Positions 1-14,014 of a stretch of 64,000 bases of DNA are shown one piece after another. This stretch comes from Balanoglossus misakiensis (taxonomy: Eukaryota > Animalia > Hemichordata), in NCBI GenBank assembly GCA_040954595.2, contig CM082588.2, forward strand, positions 3,598,156-3,662,155, read 5' to 3'. Position 1 is the first letter of the stretch. Every line of letters begins with the position of its first letter. The position numbers and the translations under genes were made by a program. Under the pieces are notes generated by a model. That model did not search any database, was not told the origin of the DNA, and was given only the letters and a program-made list of their open reading frames with translations.

Positions 1-3000
1 AAAAAAACCATGGGTTATAGCTCAAGAAATCATCAAAAAATGATAATTTTTCGACTTTGCGGAAAATCAAAATTTGGCCGATTTTCGACAAAAACCATGG
101 GTTATAGCTCATGAAAATCATCCAGAAATGTCAATTTTTGGACTTCGCGAAATTTCAAAATTTGGTGGTTTTTCGACAAAAACCATGGGTTATAGCTCAT
201 GAAAATCATCCAGAAATGTCAATTTTTCGACTTCGCGAAATTTCAAAATTTGGTGGTTTTTCGACAAAAACCATGGGTTATAGCTCATGAAAATCATCAA
301 AAAATGACAATTTTTCGACTTTGCGGAAAATCAAAATTTTGCCGATTTTTGAAAAAAACCATGGGTTATAGCTCAGGAAATCATCAAAAAATGACAATTT
401 TTCGACTTTGCTGAAAATCAAAATTTGGCCGATTTTTGAAAAAAACCATGGGTTATACCTCAGGAAATCATCAAAAAATGACAATTTTTCGACTTTGCGG
501 AAAATCAAAATTTGGCCGATTTTTGAAAAAAACCATGGGTTATAGCTCAGGAAATCATCAAAAAATGACAATTTTTCGACTTTGCGGAAAATCAAAATTT
601 GGCCGATTTTTGAAAAAAACCATGGGTTATAGCTCAGGAAATCATCAAAAAATGACAATTTTTCGACTTTGCTGAAAATCAAAATTTGGCCGATTTTCGA
701 CAAAAACCATGGGTTATAGCTCATGAAAATCATCCAGAAATGTCAATTTTTCGACTTCGCGAAATTTCAAAATTTGGTGGTTTTTCGACAAAAACCATGG
801 GTTATAGCTCATGAAAATCATCCAGAAATGTCAATTTTTCGACTTCGCGAAATTTCAAAATTTGGTGGTTTTTCGACAAAAACCATGGGTTATAGCTCAT
901 GAAAATCATCAAAAAATGACAATTTTTCGACTTTGCGGAAAATCAAAATTTGGCCGAATTTTGAAAAAAAACCATGGGTTATAGCTCAGGAAATCATCAA
1001 AAAATGACAATTTTTCGACTTTGCGGAAAATCAAAATTTGGCCGATTTTTGAATAAAACCATGGGTTATAGCTCAGGAAATCATCAAAAAATGACAATTT
1101 TTCGACTTTGCTGAAAATCAAAATTTGGCCGATTTTTGAAAAAAACCATGGGTTATAGCTCAGGAAATCATCAAAAAATGACAATTTTTCGACTTTGCGG
1201 AAAATCAAAATTTGGCCGATTTTTTAAAAAAACCATTGGTTATAGCTCATGAAAATCATCCAGAAATGTCAATTTTTCGACTTCGCGAAATTTCAAAATT
1301 TGGTGGTTTTTCGACAAAAACCATGGGTTATAGCTCATGAAAATCATACAGAAATGTCAATTTTTCGACTTCGCGAAATTTCAAAATTTGGTGGTTTTTC
1401 GACAAAAACCATGGGTTATAGCTCATGAAAATCATCCAGAAATGTCAATTTTTCCACTTCGCGAAATTTCAAAATTTGGTGGTTTTTCGACAAAAACCAT
1501 GGGTTATAGCTCATGAAAATCATCCAGAAATGTCAATTTTTCCACTTCGCGAAATTTCAAAATTTGGTGGTTTTTCGACAAAAACCATGGGTTATAGCTC
1601 ATGAAAATCATCCAGAAATGTCAATTTTTCGACTTCGCAAAATTTCAAAATTTGGTGGTTTTTCGACAAAAACCATGGGTTATAGCTCATGAAAATCATC
1701 CAGAAATGTCAATTTTTCGACTTCGCGAAATTTCAAAATTTGGTGGTTTTTCGACAAAAACCATGGGTTATAGCTCATGAAAATCATCCAGAAATGTCAA
1801 TTTTTCGACTACGCGAAATTTCAAAATTTGGTGGTTTTTCGACAAAAACCATGGGTTATAGCTCATGAAAATCATCCAGAAATGTCAATTTTTCGACTTC
1901 GCGAAATTTCAAAATTTGGTGGTTTTTCGACAAAAACCATGGGTTATAGCTCATGAAAATCATCTCGAAATGTCAATTTTTCGACTTCGCGAAATTTCAA
2001 AATTTGGTGGTTTTTCGACAAAAACCATGGGTTATAGCTCATGAAAATCATCCAGAAATGTCAATTTTTCGACTTCGCGAAATTTCAAAATTTGGTGGTT
2101 TTCCGACAAAAACCATGGGTTATAGCTCATGAAAATCATCCAGAAATGTCAATTTTTCGACTTCGCGAAATTTCAAAATTTGGTGGTTTTTCGACAAAAA
2201 CCATGGGTTATAGCTCATGAAAATCATCCAGAAATGTCAATTTTTCGACTTCGCGAAATTTCAAAATTTGGTGGTTTTTCGACAAAAACCATGGGTTATA
2301 GCTCATGAAAATCATCCAGAAATGTCAATTTTTCGACTACGCGAAATTTCAAAATTTGGTGGTTTTTCGACAAAAACCATGGGTTATAGCTCATGAAAAT
2401 CATCCAGAAATGTCAATTTTTCGACTACGCGAAATTTCAAAATTTGGTGGTTTTTCGACAAAAACCATGGGTTATAGCTCATGAAAATCATCCAGAAATG
2501 TCAATTTTTCGACTTCGCGAAATTTCAAAATTTGGTGGTTTTTCGACAAAAACCATGGGTTATAGCTCATGAAAATCATCTCGAAATGTCAATTTTTCGA
2601 CTTCGCGAAATTTCAAAATTTGGTGGTTTTTCGACAAAAACCATGGGTTATAGCTCATGAAAATCATCCAGAAATGTCAATTTTTCGACTTCGCGAAATT
2701 TCAAAATTTGGTGGTTTTTCGACAAAAACCATGGGTTATAGCTCATGAAAATCATCCAGAAATGTCAATTTTTCGACTTCGCGAAATTTCAAAATTTGGT
2801 GGTTTTTCGACAAAAACCATGGGTTATAGCTCATGAAAATCATCCAGAAATGTCAATTTTTCCACTTCGCGAAATTTCAAAATTTGGTGGTTTTTCGACA
2901 AAAACCATGGGTTATAGCTCATGAAAATCATCCAGAAATGTCAATTTTTCGACTTCGCGAAATTTCAAAATTTGGTGGTTTTTCGACAAAAACCATGGGT

Positions 3001-6000
3001 TATAGCTCATGAAAATCATCCAGAAATGTCAATTTTTCGACTTCGCGAAATTTCAAAATTTGGTGGTTTTTCGACAAAAACCATGGGTTATAGCTCATGA
3101 AAATCATACAGAAATGTCAATTTTTCGACTTCGCGAAATTTCAAAATTTGGTGGTTTTTCGACAAAAACCATGGGTTATAGCTCATGAAAATCATCCAGA
3201 AATGTCAATTTTTCCACTTCGCGAAATTTCAAAATTTGGTGGTTTTTCGACAAAAACCATGGGTTATAGCTCATGAAAATCATCCAGAAATGTCAATTTT
3301 TCCACTTCGCGAAATTTCAAAATTTGGTGGTTTTTCGACAAAAACCATGGGTTATAGCTCATGAAAATCATCCAGAAATGTCAATTTTTCGACTTCGCGA
3401 AATTTCAAAATTTGGTGGTTTTTCGACAAAAACCATGGGTTATAGCTCATGAAAATCATCCAGAAATGTCAATTTTTCCACTTCGCGAAATTTCAAAATT
3501 TGGTGGTTTTTCGACAAAAACCATGGGTTATAGCTCATGAAAATCATCCAGAAATGTCAATTTTTCCACTTCGCGAAATTTCAAAATTTGGTGGTTTTTC
3601 GACAAAAACCATGGGTTATAGCTCATGAAAATCATCCAGAAATGTCAATTTTTCGACTTCGCGAAATTTCAAAATTTGGTGGTTTTTCGACAAAAACCAT
3701 GGGTTATAGCTCATGAAAATCATCCAGAAATGTCAATTTTTCGACTTCGCGAAATTTCAAAATTTGGTGGTTTTTCGACAAAACCATGGGTTATAGCTCA
3801 TGAAAATCATCCAGAAATGTCAATTTTTCGACTTCGCGAAATTTCAAAATTTGGTGGTTTTTCGACAAAAACCATGGGTTATAGCTCATGGAAATCATCC
3901 AGAAATGTCAATTTTTCGACTACGCGAAATTTCAAAATTTGGTGGTTTTTCGACAAAAACCATGGGTTATAGCTCATGAAAATCATCCAGAAATGTCAAT
4001 TTTTCCACTTCGCGAAATTTCAAAATTTGGTGGTTTTTCGACAAAAACCATGGGTTATAGCTGATGAAAATCATCCAGAAATGTCAATTTTTCGACTTCG
4101 CGAAATTTCAAAATTTGGTGGTTTTTCGACAAAAACCATGGGTTATAGCTCATGAAAATCATCCAGAAATGTCAATTTTTCGACTTCGCGAAATTTCAAA
4201 ATTTGGTCGTTTTTCGACAAAAACCATGGGTTATAGCTCATGAAAATCATCCAGAAATGTCAATTTTTCGACTTCGCGAAATTTCAAAATTTGGTGGTTT
4301 TTCGACAAAAACCATGGGTTATAGCTCATGAAAATCATACAGAAATGTCAATTTTTCGACTTCGCGAAATTTCAAAATTTGGTGGTTTTTCGACAAAAAC
4401 CATGGGTTATAGCTCATGAAAATCATCCAGAAATGTCAATTTTTCCACTTCGCGAAATTTCAAAATTTGGTGGTTTTTCGACAAAAACCATGGGTTATAG
4501 CTCATGAAAATCATCCAGAAATGTCAATTTTTCCACTTCGCGAAATTTCAAAATTTGGTGGTTTTTCGACAAAAACCATGGGTTATAGCTCATGAAAATC
4601 ATCCAGAAATGTCAATTTTTCGACTTCGCGAAATTTCAAAATTTGGTGGTTTTTCGACAAAAACCATGGGTTATAGCTCATGAAAATCATCCAGAAATGT
4701 CAATTTTTCCACTTCGCGAAATTTCAAAATTTGGTGGTTTTTCGACAAAAACCATGGGTTATAGCTCATGAAAATCATCCAGAAATGTCAATTTTTCCAC
4801 TTCGCGAAATTTCAAAATTTGGTGGTTTTTCGACAAAAACCATGGGTTATAGCTCATGAAAATCATCCAGAAATGTCAATTTTTCCACTTCGCGAAATTT
4901 CAAAATTTGGTGGTTTTTCGACAAAAACCATGGGTTATAGCTCATGAAAATCATCCAGAAATGTCAATTTTTCGACTTCGCGAAATTTCAAAATTTGGTG
5001 GTTTTTCGACAAAAACCATGGGTTATAGCTCATGAAAATCATCCAGAAATGTCAATTTTTCGACTTCGCGAAATTTCAAAATTTGGTGGTTTTTCGACAA
5101 AAACCATGGGTTATAGCTCATGAAAATCATCCAGAAATGTCAATTTTTCGACTTCGCGAAATTTTAAAATTTGGTGGTTTTTCGACAAAAACCATGGGTT
5201 ATAGCTCATAAAAATCATCCAGAAATGTCAATTTTTCGACTTCGCGAAATTTCAAAATTTGGTGGTTTTTCGACAAAAACCATGGGTTATAGCTCATGAA
5301 AATCATCCAGAAATGTCAATTTTTCGACTTCGCGAAATTTCAAAATTTGGTGGTTTTTCGACAAAAACCATGGGTTATAGCTCATGAAAATCATCCAGAA
5401 ATGTCAATTTTTCGACTTCGCGAAATTTCAAAATTTGGTGGTTTTTCGACAAAAACCATGGGTTATAGCTCATGAAAATCATCCAGAAATGTCAATTTTT
5501 CGACTTCGCGAAATTTCAAAATTTGGTGGTTTTTCGACAAAAACCATGGGTTATAGCTCATGAAAATCATCTCGAAATGTCAATTTTTCGACTTCGCGAA
5601 ATTTCAAAATTTGGTGGTTTTTCGACAAAAACCATGGGTTATAGCTCATGAAAATCATCCAGAAATGTCAATTTTTCGACTTCGCGAAATTTCAAAATTT
5701 GGTGGTTTTTTGACAAAAACCATGGGTTATAGCTCATGAAAATCATCCAGAAATGTCAATTTTTCGACTTCGCGAAATTTCAAAATTTGGTGGTTTTTCG
5801 ACAAAAACCATGGGTTATAGCTCATGAAAATCATCCAGAAATGTCAATTTTTCCACTTCGCGAAATTTCAAAATTTGGTGGTTTTTCGACAAAAACCATG
5901 GGTTATAGCTCATGAAAATCATCCAGAAATGTCAATTTTTCGACTTCGCGAAATTTCAAAATTTGGTGGTTTTTCGACAAAAACCATGGGTTATAGCTCA

Positions 6001-9000
6001 TGAAAATCATCCAGAAATGTCAATTTTTCGACTTCGCGAAATTTCAAAATTTGGTGGTTTTTCGACAAAAACCATGGGTTATAGCTCATGAAAATCATCC
6101 AGAAATGTCAATTTTTCGACTTCGCGAAATTTCAAAATTTGGTGGTTTTTCGACAAAAACCATGGGTTATAGCTCATGAAAATCATCCAGAAATGTCAAT
6201 TTTTCGACTTCGCGAAATTTCAAAATTTGGTGGTTTTTCGACAAAAACCATGGGTTATATCTCATGAAAAACATCCAGAAATGTCAATTTTTCCACTTCG
6301 CGAAATTTCAAAATTTGGTGGTTTTTCGACAAAAACCATGGGTTATAGCTCATGAAAATCATCCAGAAATGTCAATTTTTCCACTTCGCGAAATTTCAAA
6401 ATTTGGTGGTTTTTCGACAAAAACCATGGGTTATAGCTCATGAAAATCATCCAGAAATGTCAATTTTTCCACTTCGCGAAATTTCAAAATTTGGTGGTTT
6501 TTCGACAAAAACCATGGGTTATAGCTCATGAAAATCATCCAGAAATGTCAATTTTTCCACTTCGCGAAATTTCAAAATTTGGTGGTTTTTCGACAAAAAC
6601 CATGGGTTATAGCTCATGAAAATCATCCAGAAATGTCAATTTTTCGACTTCGCGAAATTTCAAAATTTGGTGGTTTTTCGACAAAAACCATGGGTTATAG
6701 CTCATGAAAATCATCCAGAAATGTCAATTTTTCGACTTCGCGAAATTTCAAAATTTGGTGGTTTTTCGACAAAAACCATGGGTTATAGCTCATGAAAATC
6801 ATCCAGAAATGTCAATTTTTCCACTTCGCGAAATTTCAAAATTTGGTGGTTTTTCGACAAAAACCATGGGTTATAGCTCATGAAAATCATCCAGAAATGT
6901 CAATTTTTCGACTTCGCGAAATTTCAAAATTTGGTGGTTTTTCGACAAAAACCATGGGTTATAGCTCATGAAAATCATCCAGAAATGTCAATTTTTCGAC
7001 TTCGCGAAATTTCAAAATTTGGTGGTTTTTCGACAAAAACCATGGGTTATAGCTCATGAAAATCATCCAGAAATGTCAATTTTTCGACTTCGCGAAATTT
7101 CAAAATTTGGTGGTTTTTCGACAAAAACCATGGGTTATAGCTCATGAAAATCATCCAGAAATGTCAATTTTTCGACTTCGCGAAATTTCAAAATTTGGTG
7201 GTTTTTCGACAAAAACCATGGGTTATAGCTCATGAAAATCATCCAGAAATGTCAATTTTTCGACTTCGCGAAATTTCAAAATTTGGTGGTTTTTCGACAA
7301 AAACCATGGGTTATAGCTCATGAAAATCATCCAGAAATGTCAATTTTTCCACTTCGCGAAATTTCAAAATTTGGTGGTTTTTCGACAAAAACCATGGGTT
7401 ATAGCTCATGAAAATCATCCAGAAATGTCAATTTTTCCACTTCGCGAAATTTCAAAATTTGGTGGTTTTTCGACAAAAACCATGGGTTATAGCTCATGAA
7501 AATCATCCAGAAATGTCAATTTTTCCACTTCGCGAAATTTCAAAATTTGGTGGTTTTTCGACAAAAACCATGGGTTATAGCTCATGAAAATCATCCAGAA
7601 ATGTCAATTTTTCGACTTCGCGAAATTTCAAAATTTGGTGGTTTTTCGACAAAAACCATGGGTTATAGCTCATGAAAATCATCCAGAAATGTCAATTTTT
7701 CGACTTCGCGAAATTTCAAAATTTGGTGGTTTTTCGACAAAAACCATGGGTTATAGCTCATGAAAATCATCCAGAAATGTCAATTTTTCGACTTCGCGAA
7801 ATTTCAAAATTTGGTGGTTTTTCGACAAAAACCATGGGTTATAGATCATGAAAATCATCCAGAAATGTCAATTTTTCGACTTCGCGAAATTTCAAAATTT
7901 GGTGGTTTTTCGACAAAAACCTTGGGTTATAGCTCATGAAAATCATCCAGAAATGTCAATTTTTCGACTTCGCGAAATTTCAAAATTTGGTGGTTTTCCG
8001 ACAAAAACCATGGGTTATAGCTCATGAAAATCATCCAGAAATGTCAATTTTTCCACTTCGCGAAATTTCAAAATTTGGTGGTTTTTCGACAAAAACCATG
8101 GGTTATAGCTCATGAAAATCATCCAGAAATGTCAATTTTTCCACTTCGCGAAATTTCAAAATTTGGTGGTTTTTCGACAAAAACCATGGGTTATAGCTCA
8201 TGAAAATCATCCAGAAATGTCAATTTTTCGACTTCGCGAAATTTCAAAATTTGGTGGTTTTTCGACAAAAACCATGGGTTATAGCTCATGAAAATCATCC
8301 AGAAATGTCAATTTTTCGACTTCGCGAAATTTCAAAATTTGGTGGTTTATCGACAAAAACCATGGGTTATAGCTCATGAAAATCATCCAGAAATGTCAAT
8401 TTTTCGACTTCGCGAAATTTCAAAATTTGGTGGTTTTTCGACAAAAACCATGGGTTATAGCTCATGAAAATCATCCAGAAATGTCAATTTTTCGACTACG
8501 CGAAATTTCAAAATTTGGTGGTTTTTCGACAAAAACCATGGGTTATAGCTCATGAAAATCATCCAGAAATGTCAATTTTTCGACTTCGCGAAATTTCAAA
8601 ATTTGGTGGTTTTTCGACAAAAACCATGGGTTATAGCTCATGAAAATCATCCAGAAATGTCAATTTTTCGACTTCGCGAAATTTCAAAATTTGGTGGTTT
8701 TTCGACAAAAACCATGGGTTATAGCTCATGAAAATCATCCAGAAATGTCAATTTTTCGACTACGCGAAATTTCAAAATTTGGTGGTTTTTCGACAAAAAC
8801 CATGGGTTATAGCTCATGAAAATCATCCAGAAATGTCAATTTTTCGACTTCGCGAAATTTCAAAATTTGGTGGTTTTTCGACAAAAACCATGGGTTATAG
8901 CTCATGAAAATCATCCAGAAATGTCAATTTTTCGACTTCGCGAAATTTCAAAATTTGGTGGTTTTTCGACAAAAACCATGGGTTATAGCTCATGAAAATC

Positions 9001-11995
9001 ATCCAGAAATGTCAATTTTTCGACTTCGAGAAATTTCAAAATTTGGTGGTTTTTCGACAAAAACCATGGGTTATAGCTCATGAAAATCATCCAGAAATGT
9101 CAATTTTTCGACTACGCGAAATTTCAAAATTTGGTGGTTTTTCGACAAAAACCATGGGTTATAGCTCATGAAAATCATCCAGAAATGTCAATTTTTCGAC
9201 TTCGCGAAATTTCAAAATTTGGTGGTTTTTCGACAAAAACCATGGGTTATAGCTCATGAAAATCATCCAGAAATGTCAATTTTTCCACTTCGCGAAATTT
9301 CAAAATTTGGTGGTTTTTCGACAAAAACCATGGGTTATAGCTCATGAAAATCATCCAGAAATGTCAATTTTGCGACTTCGCGAAATTTCAAAATTTGGTG
9401 GTTTTTCGACAAAAACCATGGGTTATAGCTCATGAAAATCATCCAGAAATGTCAATTTTTCGACTTCGCTAAATTTCAAAATTTGGTGGTTTTTCGACAA
9501 AAACCATGGGTTATAGCTCATGAAAATCATCCAGAAATGTCAATTTTTCGACTTCGCGAAATTTCAAAATTTGGTGGTTTTTCGACAAAAACCATGGGTT
9601 ATAGCTCATGAAAATCATCCAGAAATGTCAATTTTTCGACTTCGCGAAATTTCAAAATTTGGTGGTTTTTCGACAAAAACCATGGGTTATAGCTCATGAA
9701 AATCATCCAGAAATGTCAATTTTTCGACTACGCGAAATTTCAAAATTTGGTGGTTTTTCGACAAAAACCATGGGTTATAGCTCATGAAAATCATCCAGAA
9801 ATGTCAATTTTTCGACTTCGCGAAATTTCAAAATTTGGTGGTTTTTCGACAAAAACCATGGGTTATAGCTCATGAAAATCATCCAGAAATGTCAATTTTT
9901 CGACTTCGCGAAATTTCAAAATTTGGTGGTTTTTCGACAAAAACCATGGGTTATAGCTCATGAAAATCATCCAGAAATGTCAATTTTTCGACTTCGCGAA
10001 ATTTCAAAATTTGGTGGTTTTTCGACAAAAACCATGGGTTATAGCTCATGAAAATCATCCAGAAATGTCAATTTTTCGACTTCGCGAAATTTCAAAATTT
10101 GGTGGTTTTTCGACAAAAACCATGGGTTATAGCTCATGAAAATCATCCAGAAATGTCAATTTTTCGACTTCGCGAAATTTCAAAATTTGGTGGTTTTTCG
10201 ACAAAAACCATGGGTTATAGCTCATGAAAATCATCCAGAAATGTCAATTTTTCGACTTCGCGAAATTTCAAAATTTGGTGGTTTTTCGACAAAAACCATG
10301 GGTTATAGCTCATGAAAATCATCCAGAAATGTCAATTTTTCGACTACGCGAAATTTCAAAATTTGGTGGTTTTTCGACAAAAACCATGGGTTATAGCTCA
10401 TGAAAATCATCCAGAAATGTCAATTTTTCGACTTCGCGAAATTTCAAAATTTGGTGGTTTTTCGACAAAAACCATGGGTTATAGCTCATGAAAATCATCC
10501 AGAAATGTCAATTTTTCGACTTCGCGAAATTTCAAAATTTGGTGGTTTTTCGACAAAAACCATGGGTTATAGCTCATGAAAATCATCCAGAAATGTCAAT
10601 TTTTCGACTTCGAGAAATTTCAAAATTTGGTGGTTTTTCGACAAAAACCATGGGTTATAGCTCATGAAAATCATCCAGAAATGTCAATTTTTCGACTACG
10701 CGAAATTTCAAAATTTGGTGGTTTTTCGACAAAAACCATGGGTTATAGCTCATGAAAATCATCCAGAAATGTCAATTTTTCGACTTCGCGAAATTTCAAA
10801 ATTTGGTGGTTTTTCGACAAAAACCATGGGTTATAGCTCATGAAAATCATCCAGAAATGTCAATTTTTCGACTTCGCGAAATTTCAAAATTTGGTGGTTT
10901 TTCGACAAAAACCATGGGTTATAGCTCATGAAAATCATCCAGAAATGTCAATTTTGCGACTTCGCGAAATTTCAAAATTTGGTGGTTTTTCGACAAAAAC
11001 CATCGGTTATAGCTCATGAAAATCATCCAGAAATGTCAATTTTTCGACTTCGCGAAATTTCAAAATTTGGTGGTTTTTCGACAAAAACCATGGGTTATAG
11101 CTCATGAAAATCATCCAGAAATGTCAATTTTTCGACTTCGCGAAATTTCAAAATTTGGTGGTTTTTCGACAAAAACCATGGGTTATAGCTCATGAAAATC
11201 ATCCAGAAATGTCAATTTTTCGACTTCGCGAAATTTCAAAATTTGGTGGTTTTTCGACAAAAACCATGGGTTATAGCTCATGAAAATCATCCAGAAATGT
11301 CAATTTTTCGACTTCGCGAAATTTCAAAATTTGGTGGTTTTTCGACAAAAACCATGGGTTATAGCTCATGAAAATCATCCAGAAATGTCAATTTTTCGAC
11401 TTCGAGAAATTTCAAAATTTGGTGGTTTTTCGACAAAAACCATGGGTTATAGCTCATGAAAATCATCCAGAAATGTCAATTTTGCGACTTCGCGAAATTT
11501 CAAAATTTGGTGGTTTTTCGACAAAAACCATGGGTTATAGCTCATGAAAATCATCCAGAAATGTCAATTTTTCGACTTCGCGAAATTTCAAAATTTTGTG
11601 GTTTTTCGACAAAAACCATGGGTTATAGCTCATGAAAATCATCCAGAAATGTCAATTTTTCGACTTCGCGGAAAATCAAAATTTGGCCGATTTTTGAAAA
11701 AAAAACCATGGGTTATAGCTCATGAAATCATCAAAAAATGACAATTTTTCGACTTTGCGGAAAATCAAAATTTGGCCGATTTTTGAAAAAAAACCATGGG
11801 TTATAGCTCAGGAAATCATCAAAAAATGACAATTTTTCGACTTTGCGGAAAATCAAAATTTGGCCGATTTTTGAAAAAAATCATGGGTTATAGCTCAGGA
11901 AATCATCAAAAAATGACAATTTTTCGACTTTGCGGAAAATCAAAATTTCGCCAATTTTTGAAAAAAATCATGGCTTATAGCTCATGAAAATCTTC
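1..11995. repeat. Tandem satellite array with 88-bp (type A) and 87-bp (type B) monomers, ~135 copies in the window; probably continues left of the window
   Basis: Type A, CCAGAAATGTCAATTTTTCGACTTCGCGAAATTTCAAAATTTGGTGGTTTTTCGACAAAAACCATGGGTTATAGCTCATGAAAATCAT, repeats with an 88-bp period from ~1250 to ~11670. Type B (CAAAAAATGACAATTTTTCGACTTTGCGGAAAATCAAAATTTGGCCGATTTTTGAAAAAAACCATGGGTTATAGCTCAGGAAATCAT) occurs at 1-1250 and 11670-11995. Confidence 0.99.
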
Positions 11996-13802
11996 AAAAA
12001 AAAATTCGACTCAGGGATCTTTGGTGATTTTACCATTTTTGTCAATATCGAGAAACAAAGCTTACCATGCACACATTGGAGGTGTTCCAGTCCCAACACA
12101 GAGTCCATCATAATGATCTGTTGTTAAAAGTTTGTTTATTCTTTTTATTTCACCATAACTGAACATAAATAAGTGTCCAGTGAGGACGAATATACATACA
12201 AATGCGAAGGTGTGAACCATGAAAATAGTTCTTCTGAACTAATCCTAATTCATGGCCCAGGAAATTGTTTTCAACTACTGAACTAACAATACTAGAAAGT
12301 TAAAACAAAACGAAACAAAGAAAAAAACGAAATATGAAAACAGGAAACAGAGGCTAATATTACCATAGCGCCCTCTATTCGCTTATTTTAATATAAAATT
12401 ACTCAAAAAATTATATTATTATGTTAATGTTTATAACAGAAGCCCAGAGAAAGTCACATATTTCAGCATTTCTTTCATTAAGTTACAAACGTGGTATAAT
12501 TTATAACACGGTAATTAACCTTTCTGATAAAAGGTGTTACGACTCGGCTGACACCCTGTATATGGGCGTAGCATGTGAAAAGTAATACGACACATTTTGC
12601 TATATTTTAAATAATATAAAACGTAAAAAATATGACATGTACAATTTCAGGTGACTGTCAGAATACGTTGAGTAGTATACCTAGTAATACGCCAGCATCA
12701 TAACAAAACTATCTTGTGTATGCTTTCCTGTATTTTTCAGTTGCAGAAGACGGCAGGCCAAAAATGGTAATGCCAATGGTGTACTTACACATGCGCAGTG
12801 GTTGATGCATATACATAATTCTATTTACTGACGCACACCTTGCTAGCACAGTGTTCTTCGATTTTTACTGACGGTTTGCGAAGACTGTCTGACGTCACAG
12901 ACCGAGGAGGAAACATGAGGGCAGTAAACAGACAGAAGCATCGCTTGTAATGAATGTGTTCGCGATGTTGTTCGTCGACCTTCGAACATACCAAACATTC
13001 TTTCTGCCGCTTTACTTTGCAGTGTGCTCTCCAGCACAGACGACATAATTCATCAACCGTTGGCGCGCTTATTATCTCTGCAAGTCATATTTATGAATAT
13101 TCCGAATGCTACCGAACTGACAACAGCCCCGCTGACTTCATCATCATCATCATCACATCAGAGCTTATGCGTGGCTCGTGACAGATTCGTCGGTCTGTGC
13201 ATGCCGTTCTTTTCTTGTTACGCGTGTGAAGTTTGGAGGGTCCTCTCTCGAAGGGATCCGTTCTGTAACCGCTAGCTGCCCTGCCTTGCTCCGTGGATCG
13301 AATTATCTCCAGAATGCCGAAGAGCCTTCTACACTGAGTTCCTCGCCGTCTGAAAGAGCATCACGCAACAATAAGGTAATGATTCTATTATTCTTCATCT
13401 TTAAATGTCATTTCTAATAATTAACATGGCATTCACGTCATCTATCATTCATGGTAAATATTTCATATCTGACGTTCAATTAATATTCCATGCATATTCT
13501 ATTCCCAGTGGCAAACAGGTTCTGAAGTGAATACGGAATACTACCCACTAATTAAAATCCGTTGACAGATTTCCTTAGGCGGGAAATTCTCAGACCTAGG
13601 ATACTGCCCTAGTTTGTCGCCTGTTTACATGCTCTCGCGAATGAAGAAGCCCATGCAATAATACAATAGTGGTTTGGTTAGGCGAATATGTTGCCCTATC
13701 CTAGCTTATAATATATGTACAGTATACATATATATGAAAAACATATATATATACAGTGTATATATATAAATGAAATATATATATATAATATACAATTACA
13801 AC

Positions 13803-13840
<38 letters not shown>

Positions 13841-14014
13841 ATGTATGTATGTATGTATGTATGTATGTATGTATGTATGTATGTATGTATGTATGTATGT
13901 ATGTATGTATGTATGTATGTATGTATGTATGTATGTATGTATGTATGTATGTATGTATGTATGTATGTATGTATGTATGTATGTATGTATGGATGGATGG
14001 ATGGATGGATGGAT
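13803..14014. repeat. Compound tetranucleotide microsatellite (GTCT)~9(GTAT)~38(GGAT)6, preceded by an AT-rich low-complexity tract
   Basis: Directly visible; explains the spurious YVCM/HTYI ORFs. Confidence 0.98.

Noticed and set aside
1-11995. CRISPR array or repeat-protein genes in the tandem array
   Set aside because: No unique spacers and no cas genes, in a eukaryotic context. The ORFs arise because the 87-bp unit is a multiple of 3 or from single indels.
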